From the human T2T-CHM13v2.0 reference genome, Homo sapiens: 64,000 bases of DNA. Positions within the stretch are counted from its first letter, which is position 1, and every line of letters begins with the position of its first letter. This document shows positions 53,218 to 64,000 of the stretch, one piece after another. Both the position numbers and the translations under genes were made by a program. The stretch lies in assembly GCF_009914755.1 (NCBI RefSeq), contig NC_060929.1; one strand, 5' to 3'. Under the pieces are notes generated by a model. That model was not told the origin of the DNA. It saw only the letters and a list, made by a program, of their open reading frames with translations, and did no database searches.

Positions 53218-54748
53218 AATATTTTCCAGCCTTTAAGTTGGTTTCTTTTAGAGACTTTGATAATTTGCCCAGTATTTGTCTAAAGCTAAGTAGCCCCCTC
53301 GTGTACCCTAAGAGTAACCCACCAAAGAAAGTCACTTTTCTTTCTAACAGTGTCTGTCATATTTTAGACAGTTTTCTCATTATTTCAAATAACCATGCTC
53401 TGTTTGGGGAAGACTTACTATGCCTGAAGTATTGTCAGTCAGTGTTAGATGCTCATAGATGGGATCATTAATGAGGGAGGGGAGAAGCTTTAGCACAGAT
53501 TTAGAAATTATCTTGGAGATTGATCACACAATTGCAGCTATGAGAAAAAGTATGCAGGTCTTCTAAGGGGCACTTAGAAAAGCAATATAATAAGGGGTCA
53601 CAGTTGTACATTGTACGTATAGGGCTGCAGGATGAACAAAACGCCTGCTGTCCTAACAATAATGCAAATAGGTTCCTCTGGTGTGGGGTAAAATTTCCAG
53701 TGACAGCATCTTCATATGGATTCAAAAAATGATCTCTCTCAAATATCTTCATTGAATTAAAGCTGATATGCTTAGAAAACTATTAAATGACACTGAATCA
53801 ACTGAGAAAAACAGGTTAGATTATTTTGGAAACCTGGGTTCAAAAGCATTTAGAGGCATCAGCAGGTTTCTAGGTTTTCCAAGTCTCACAGATCTCTGGA
53901 AGCCTCAGCTTCATCTGTGACTGTCTTCTTACCCTCTCTTGGAAACTTAGTCGATTACTAAGTTCTCTTCATTTTGTCTCCTTGACCTCTTATTTCCCTC
54001 TGTTTATTTCAACTGCAGTCCATAACCATTTTTTACAGAATTTTGCAGTGGTCTCATTTTCTGTTTCTCTGCTTCTACTTTGCCTTTTTAGTCTTCACAC
54101 TCTTAGTACAGTTATTTTTGAAAGCACAGGTCAGAAAACCCTCATGTCCTCCCTCCAAAGTTCTCTGTAAGAAACAGGAATGGTTTAGAAGGTTTTCAAT
54201 AATCTGTCTCCCACTTCTATTTTTATATTTATTTCTCACCATATTTGCATCATGTACCCTGCAATGCAGCCATAACCAACTTCCTGTCTTTTCCATATGC
54301 TCTTCCCTCTATTTGGAACTACCACCCTTTTTCTCTCTCCAGATGATGACTAATCTAAGAATCTTTCTTCTTTTCTTTTGGTAAGACTTTACCATTTCTT
54401 TATTTCCATGGCATTTTATTCATATTTTCACTGTAGAATCTGTTTTCATTTAGCTTTATTGCTTTGCCCTTATTAGATGCAAGGTACATGTTTGAATGAA
54501 TAAATCAGAACGTTAATTAAAACTCTTTCACAGTTTATCAGGGAGGAAAAGCAAGCTTAACTTATAATAGAAGTGTTGGAATTAAAATTAATCAGCAGCG
54601 TATTTGAGTAATAGTAATACCATTTAAGATTGTATGTTACCCCATAAGTATATGACTAGAAGTTGCAGTTGAATATTGAAGGATTAAGGAGTGATGGAAG
54701 AAACCTGTTCGTCATTTTTTCATAGAAAATACCTTAATTACTAGATGA

Positions 54749-54944
54749 GAACAATAAACACTGAGGATTCTGAAAGGAGGGAGAGAGGGAAGGGGGAAAG
54801 GGTTGAAAAACTACCTGTTGGGCACTGTGTTCACTATTTGGGTGATGGGATCAATAGAAGCCCAAACCTCAACATCATGCAATATACCCGTGGAACAAAC
54901 CTGCAAATATACCTCTTGAATCTAAAATTAAAAAAAAGAAAATA
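54749..54944 (+). mobile_element. L1PA16/L1PB-like 3' end fragment
   Basis: gggttgaaaaactacct...agcccaaacctcaacatcatgcaatatacc...aaacctgca followed by an A tail. TSD AATTA(C/T)TAGATGA at 54736-54748 and 54945-54957. Confidence 0.8.
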
Positions 54945-55579
54945 AATTATTAGATGAAAGGATATTTCTGTTTTTAATGAACTTTATTTTAAAATTTGAG
55001 AATATTTATCACATTGAAATGGAAAAAAAATCTTGAGGCTTAAGTTGCATGTGTTGTTTATTACCAATGTATTATTTATCTGGATATAATTATTTTTTAT
55101 TCAAAAACTTTTCATGTTTTCCTGAAGATTGGTGCTTATTTAACTTTTGAGTGGAATTAATATACTTAAAAAATCGTTATTAATAAAAATAAAAAGAAAA
55201 GAAAAAATCATTATTATAGCAATCAAAACCATAGCAGTGTAACAGTGCTTTGTGGAGCGGGGTGCCTTCTTAGGGATGGGTGTTTTAATCATCTTAGGGC
55301 TCACAGATCCTCTTAAAATGTAAGTATTTTGGAAACTTAAAGATAATGGACAATGATTATTAGGTATAGCATCAGAACAGAGAGTGAACATATTAAAGCT
55401 AATATGGTTGTATTATTTTATCTTTAGTTTCATTTCTAGCTGAAGTAATAAATTTGCATTTGTACTTTTTTCCTAGTCCTTTTGGCTATACCTTTCATTC
55501 ATCTTATTAAGTACTTATTGAACTCTTGCTCTTATATGTTTGCAGTAGATACTAGATTAAGTTTGAGTGGTATGTGTGC

Positions 55580-56203
55580 TCAGGCCTGCTTCTAAAATTT
55601 GCAGGATCTGGGGCAAAGTACACAGAGGCCCACATACCCTGTGTTTAAACATTTAAGTTATAAATCAAAGAAATAAATTACTAAAGAAAAATAGGTCTTC
55701 TCCTCTTGCCTGGAGAAATAGCTCAGTGATCTAGAAGACCAAATGTAGGTTTAGATTGCTGTTGCTCTAGTTCCCCACTGGAATATGGTGGTGTGTATGG
55801 GGAGAGCCAGCCTGTGGGGCAGGCCAGCTGCCTTCTCCTCCCAGGCCTGGCCCTGTCCCAAACCAGGAAGGACCTTGATTGAAGCGGTCCTGGTGCCAGG
55901 TCTACACCCCTACAAACTACAGCCTCTTGGCCACTGTTTAGGCTAGAGAGGGTCGGTCCCATTTGTTAGGGTTAAGTGCCCTGATGGGGAGAGACTTATA
56001 AGAATCCCAGTAGGCTTCCAGTCTGGGGCTGTTTAGACAGATTTCTGGACCCTGGTACTCAGAAGGGCAGGGCAGGCTCTGGGTCAGTTTGTCCTGTGGA
56101 TTTATCCAATTGAAAGGGGTGTAGTCAGAAGAATAGGGAGGTCCTTCTAGAGTCCAGGGCTCAGGGCCAGGTAACTCTTGCCCACATCCTCATGGTGGTA
56201 CTT
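55580..56203 (-). mobile_element. MER115-like hAT-Tip100 element
   Basis: Reverse complement begins agtaccaccatgagg...gggcaagag...ggccctgagccctggactctagaagg, similar to the recalled MER115 end; GC-rich block in an AT-rich intron. Confidence 0.45.
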
Positions 56204-57660
56204 AGTGTATATGCCCTTGAACCAAATAAAACTAAATGTTCCTGAAGAGCATCAGAACTCCACATAATCTCTAGATTTCCAACCTATGGCTGAGAGCTCA
56301 AAATTTTAAAAATAAATTGTGATTTGTGAACAGTTACTAGGTGCTTAATTGTTCATGAACATTGAATGTAGACAATAGAGTTTCCAGCTTTATTGGCTTT
56401 TTTTATTTTAGAACTTAAAAAAAAATAGTGGTATCGAATTTGGGTTTATGCCTGCTTTGTGGAACTTGTAATTATGCACTCTTTGTTTTAAATATTTCCC
56501 CACTTATTTAAAATAGCTATTAGCTTTTTTATGGGTGGTAATAGTGTTAGAATGGAAAAGAATAAATTGAAAGGTATTCTTAATGCTGTTCTAGCCCTCG
56601 TTCAATTTTCAGGGATATTCCAACAGAAAGAAAAAAAGCTGTGAATTGACCACTTAAGTAAATCAGTTTGCAACTCAGTGTCCTAAGATTATTAAATCTA
56701 GAGGTAGGAATATAATTTTATGTCATGAAAATTCATCCCCTACCACTTTTTATAAAATACTATATTTCTGGTTGGTCTCATGTTAATATACAATTGTAGT
56801 TTTTACAGTAATTTAGAAAACGAAAGAACCAATTCAGTGTAAAAGGGAATACTTGATTACTCTGTTGTATAAGAGCAATAAAAGCTAATTTACTGTTATA
56901 TTACTCAGTACTGAAAGCTGCAAGAGGCTATCTTTCAGTTCATTCTTCATTAATTATGCTGTATGGTGGTGATATCAGTATGAGTTTTATGGAACGCTTT
57001 CAGGTTGACCTCTCTGAGCTTGTATTTTGGCTCATGTGAATGTCTTTACCATATTTTCCTCATGATTGTTGAGGGGTGAATGAAGTGTTGAAGGCAAAAT
57101 GGACTAATCAATCACTGTGATTCCTCTGTGAAAACTCCCATGATAAACTCTTTTTTGAAATGGCCTTAGTTCATTCATCACAGATTATAACTGTTGAAAA
57201 TAAATAGTTGTGCTTAACAAAAAACACACAAAAAAACTTTTACTTATCAATCTTCATAAAGACTAACCCTTAAAAATTTGCCTTTTATGCTAGATTACTG
57301 GAGTTTTATTATCAAATTAATTTGGAGGCATTTCACTATTTATAGTTCTTTAGCTAGTAGCCAGATAATTAGGAATTAGTTTGAACCTTTAAATTTAGGT
57401 AAAAGATATCATGTGATATCTTAAAGATGATAATTCTAATAGAACCATTTCATTTACATGGTCCTTGTTGCACGTGTATAATAAAAGCACGGTACAGAAA
57501 TAGATTTACTTACGTACATTTGAATTTAGCTCAGTTTTGCAATATGTAGGTAGATATAGTATATTCAGTTAAATATTATGTTGATATTTGATAAAATAAA
57601 TTCTTCCCACATTGCAATCTTTATTTCTTGGATGGTAATGACGCTGATTTGTTCTAGGGC

Positions 57661-58027
57661 TGAATAAGTTTGCTAGGGCTGCCATAGCAAAGTACCAGAC
57701 TAAGTGGCTTAAACAACAGAAATTTGTTTTTTTCACAGTTCGAGGCTAGAAGTCCAAGATCAAGGTGTTGGCAGGGTTGATTTCTTTTGAGGTCATCTCT
57801 CCTTGGCTTGTTGATGGCTGTCTTCTCCTTGTGTCTTTGCATGGTCTTCCTTGTGTATCTGTGTTCTAATCTCCTTTTGTTATAAGTACATCAATAGTCA
57901 TGTAGGATTAGGGCGTATCTTCATGACCTCATTTTACCTTAATTACCTCTTTAAAGACCTGTCTCCAAATACAGTCACATTCTGAGGTGGTGAGACTTCA
58001 GCATATGACACAGATCTGTCCATAACA
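57661..58027 (-). mobile_element. MLT1B-like MaLR solo LTR
   Basis: TG...CA ends with perfect 5-bp TSD AGGGC (57656-57660, 58028-58032); MLT1 core text. Confidence 0.88.
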
Positions 58028-59843
58028 AGGGCATAGAGTGAATTCAGTGCAAACTGAAATTTTGGGTAACCAATATATGTTTTAAGATGTGGAGCAGTTT
58101 ATATAAGTGTTTTAATTGTATACTTTACAAATTGGGTGTTCAGAATATTTTTTATTTCCCCTTTACCTAATTTAATTGTACAGATGTGGGAAAGGGCAGT
58201 TAAAGACTGATGATGATATCAGTTCTGAGCACTTGATGTTTTTTAACTTGGTAGTGTTGGTATGGTCATCAGGGAGTTAGGGCATCTGGGTTGGTTGGAC
58301 TTTCTGGGCTATTCCCTGGGAATCCAGAGGTGGATCCTGGCTCAGTGCTCTGGGGGCAGTGTTCCAGGTTAGTACTTTGGTGAAGCTAGGTGGGATTCTT
58401 TGCAGACCACCATTTCATGAAATATCTTTGAGGTTTTAAAAATAGACACAGTTTTTTTTAGTTAAATGTGGAAAAATTGAAGTATCCAGGAGGTGTTCTT
58501 TGGTACCAAATCAGGTTAAAAGTGCCCCAGATCAAGAAAGTCCTATAAAGACTATTTGACATTATATTTCTATTTGGCCTATAGCTTCATACGTGCCACA
58601 TTGTAGGTGCTCAGTAAATAATTGTAGGATGGATGAGTAGATTTCAATTAAAGCAAGAGGAATAAATAAGTCATAGCTGCAGTGCTCTTTTCAAAAGCTC
58701 ATATTCACATTGTCAGAATAGTTTTGTCTTCTCTGCCCTGGCAGGCTTTTATTTTTTATTTATTTATTTATTTTTTGCCAGCAAATATAGTATACATATT
58801 AATTTAACTATATACAGATAAGAAACAGCCATTTGGACCCTCTTACTCTTTAATTCTCTCACATGTAAGTTTGGAAACAATAGACCAATAGTTCAGCTTG
58901 GATATACAGGAACTTCTCCTTATACGATTTTTTAGATGGGAACGGGTTATTTTTTAGGGGGTCTGCTTTGCCTGCCACCAGTAGACAGAATTGGTGGCTG
59001 TGTACGTTTTTGCTTGGCCGTTTTAGTAGTCTGCCTTGTGGTGCTATGTTTGCACCTGTTGGTGTTAAAAATGTTTCTTATAGCCAAATTGCAACTATCT
59101 CTAGATAAAATTTCCAGGATATTTGGAAAGTAGAGGAAAAAACAGGAGAAGCAAACTGTCAACATCTACAGTTCTCTTTTTGAAAAATTTTACCTATATG
59201 CATTCGCATTTGTTGTTTGATTAGTGTTACTTTGTGCTTCTAAGGAATTGAATAATGAACAGCTTTTGGGAACAAATGCCTGTATTTTGCAGAATTCTAC
59301 CTCTCAGTGTTCATATTTATGGTGTAATTACCTTATTGGTCTGCTGAAAGCTTTTAGGTATAGTTTATACTTGCAATCTCTTTTTTCTTAGTTTAACTTA
59401 TTTAATGGGTGAAGAATTTTAGATGTGGCATGAGAGGATAAAATTTGGATCCCCTATTAGGATAACAGTACTGCCAACTTGTAAACAGTGTTTAGATTTT
59501 TAAAATTCAAAAAAAATTCCTTAGAGATAAAAAATTGAATTAATACTATAATTATTAAAATATAAATAACTGCTTTTTGGCCTTAGGTCATCTATCTTAT
59601 TTTTCTCATTTCTATCTGAATTTGTGCAGTTTTCAGAGTGTTTTCATTGTTTTAATATTAGTGGGTTTCTGAGTCCCATGACAACTAAAATGGAGTTTCA
59701 TTAATTGAAAACACCTGTTAAATTTAAAAATATGTCTATGAATGAAAATTCTAACGATGTCCAAAGTAATGCAATGGAATGTGACTGAGTTGAAATCAGC
59801 CATACGAATTAGACCTTTGTGGTATATTTGTGTCTTGATTTAG

Positions 59844-60015
59844 GTTGGTTGAAGACTTTCAATGACTACTTTAGAGACAAGACTCAGTATATTTTTAATA
59901 ACATGGTCCTAAAGCTGAAAGAAGACTCACGGAGGAAGTTTATTTGGTCTGAGATCTCTTACCTTTCAAAGTGGTGGGATATTATAGATATTCAGAAGAA
60001 GGATGCTGTTAAAAG
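59844..60015 (+). CDS. MAN2A1: MAN2A1 coding exon 4 (aa 179-236): GH38 N-terminal domain
   Basis: Acceptor tcttgatttag|GT completes the split Gly codon from exon 3. Reads WLKTFNDYFRDKTQYIFNNMV...RKFIWSEISYLSKWW...DAVK; donor AAG|gtttgt; 172 nt. Confidence 0.97.
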
Positions 60016-60212
60016 GTTTGTTTTAAAACTTTTTTGGAATTTGGTAATATTAAAGCTTAATTGTACAATGAACTAAGTATTGAATTTTTAGATGGTGAAA
60101 ATTCTTAGCTTTATATTTGAAACTTAAAATATTTCTTCACATACCGTTTTCGTTGATTTTGGTTCATCTCTGAAAAAGCCATTTGAAACTTTTCCATTTA
60201 AATCCTGTGTTC

Positions 60213-60503
60213 CACTGGAAGCAGTGGCTTACTGCTGTAATCCTAGCACTTTGGGAGGCCGAGGTGGGCGGATCACCTGAGGGCAGGAGTTCAAGACCAC
60301 TCTGGCCAACATGGTGAAACCTTGTCTCTACTAAAAATACAAAAAAATTAGCCAGGTGGTGCTCACGCCTGTAATTCCAACTACTCGGGAGGCTCAGGCA
60401 CGACAATGCTTGGACCCAGAAGGCAGAGGGTTGTAGTGAGCCAATATAGTGCCACTGCACTCCAGCCTGGGTAACAGTGCAAGACTCTGCCTTGGGGGAA
60501 AAA
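60213..60503 (+). mobile_element. AluS, sense orientation, ~200 nt downstream of exon 4
   Basis: gcagtggct...gtaatcctagcactttgggaggccgagg...ccactgcactccagcctggg. TSD AAATCCT(G/A)TGTT at 60200-60211 and 60503-60514. Confidence 0.92.
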
Positions 60504-61561
60504 AATCCTATGTTACAACTTTGTCCCACAAATGGAATTACTAGGTCAAAGTGGCTTAATAGTTTAAAAGTTTTTTTTAAGTATATAATTAAAGTGACAC
60601 CTGTATAGTTTGTTTCAATGTATATTTCAATCTTCCATATAGAAAGTATCAATTTATTTGCTTTTTAGTCAGCAATATAATTTTTGAAGTTGTTGGCCAA
60701 TTTGATGGTTGAAAAGTTTAATTTTAATTTTAATTTTTGATTGGTAACAGTGTTGCATATTTTCTCATACAGGTTAAGGTTTTTGTGACTTGCTTATTGT
60801 ACTTTTTCTTACTGATTTGTAGGAGTATTTATACATATACTCCTTAACTCATATTTTTCCTCAGATTTTTATTTTCATCTTTTAGTGTTTGATATACAAA
60901 ATTTTAACATATTTATCTACTCAAATCTGTTATTCTGTTTTCTTCAGATATTGCTTTTGCTGTCATGTTTTAAAAAGTTTTCTCCAATCTAGAGGTCAAA
61001 TAAATAGTGCTTTTTTTCTTCCTAATTTCATTTTTTACCATTCACTTTTTAAAAAACTGATTAAAAAAAAATACGTTACGATGGGAGGTTTTCTGATCTC
61101 CATGTATCCCCTGGAGTTAAGAATTATCTTATAATGAATTGTTTTCTTTAATTTATTTAATGTCACTTATACAGCGCTTACTGTATTAGTCCCTGTTCTA
61201 AGCACTTTACAAATTGTAACTAATAATCTTCTAAACAATTCTGTGAAATAGGTACAATTGTTATCATTGTTTTACACATAAGGACACTGAGTCGTCCAGG
61301 ATCACAGGGCAGCCTGGCATTCCATGTAGTCCAGGCTGTCCACCTCCAGAGGCTGTCTTCTTTGCACACTGCGCCATCCTGCCTTCCCAAGATTGAATTA
61401 GTCCATCCTTTTCTAGTGATTTGAAGTGCAATCTTTATTATATTTAAATATGCATTAGTTTCTGGGCATTTTGACTTGTTTCATGGACTTTTCTGTTTGA
61501 CTGTAATTGTTGTGCCTTTATAATATACTTCGTTAACTGACAGTTGACGTTCCTTCTCATC

Positions 61562-61770
61562 TTTTTGTTTTTAATATTTTTAGTTATTATGGATACATAA
61601 TAGTTGTACATGTTTATGGGGTACATCTGGTATTTTAATATAAGCATATAATATATAATCAGATCAGGGTCATTGGGATATCTGTCACCTCAAACATTTA
61701 TCATTTTCTTGTCTTAGGAACGTTGGAATTCTCCTCTTTTAGTTATTTTGAAATATATGATACATTATTC
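61562..61770 (-). mobile_element. Older L1MA 3' end, apparent target of the young L1 insertion
   Basis: L1MA 3'UTR reverse complement (ggatacataatagttgtaca...cacctcaaacatttatcatt...agttattttgaaata) stops abruptly at a T11 run. Confidence 0.75.
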
Positions 61771-61855
61771 TTTTTTTTTTTAAGCAATTGACCAATCAAT
61801 TTTAATTAACTCATTCTGTATGACTATCATAGGCTATTAAAAATAGGAAAGCGTG

Positions 61856-64000
<2,145 letters not shown>

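Noticed and set aside
58925-59133. Acceptor-like ttttttag|ATG opening a hydrophobic 65-aa ORF in intron 3
   Set aside because: No convincing donor or homology; T/G-rich intron sequence gives hydrophobic translations by chance.

Overview
Primate (very probably human) genomic DNA containing the CpG-island promoter and first four coding exons of MAN2A1 (Golgi alpha-mannosidase II, GH38) on the + strand. The exons are 20940-21074, 44052-44306, 46654-46798 and 59844-60015: 707 nt of CDS, all GT-AG introns, phases consistent. The gene continues past the window. The rest is ~20 kb of upstream sequence plus introns filled with Alu, L1, L2, MIR, ERV-L/MaLR LTRs, hAT and mariner MITEs, microsatellites and a 7SK retropseudogene. 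Almost all of the ORF track is noise from repeats or GC-rich sequence. I found no convincing new multi-gene system. The best leads are: (1) an inverted-Alu arrangement around exons 2-4 that predicts a 572-nt circRNA with a junction-spanning 196-aa ORF; (2) an apparent 74-bp L1 3' transduction; (3) a tailless 7SK copy nested in an L1 tail with both target-site duplications (TSDs) intact; (4) an LTR41-type LTR with a CTCF motif next to the promoter; (5) a motif-dense, donor-containing element 110 nt upstream of exon 2. Repeat subfamily names come from recalled consensus features, not from a search.
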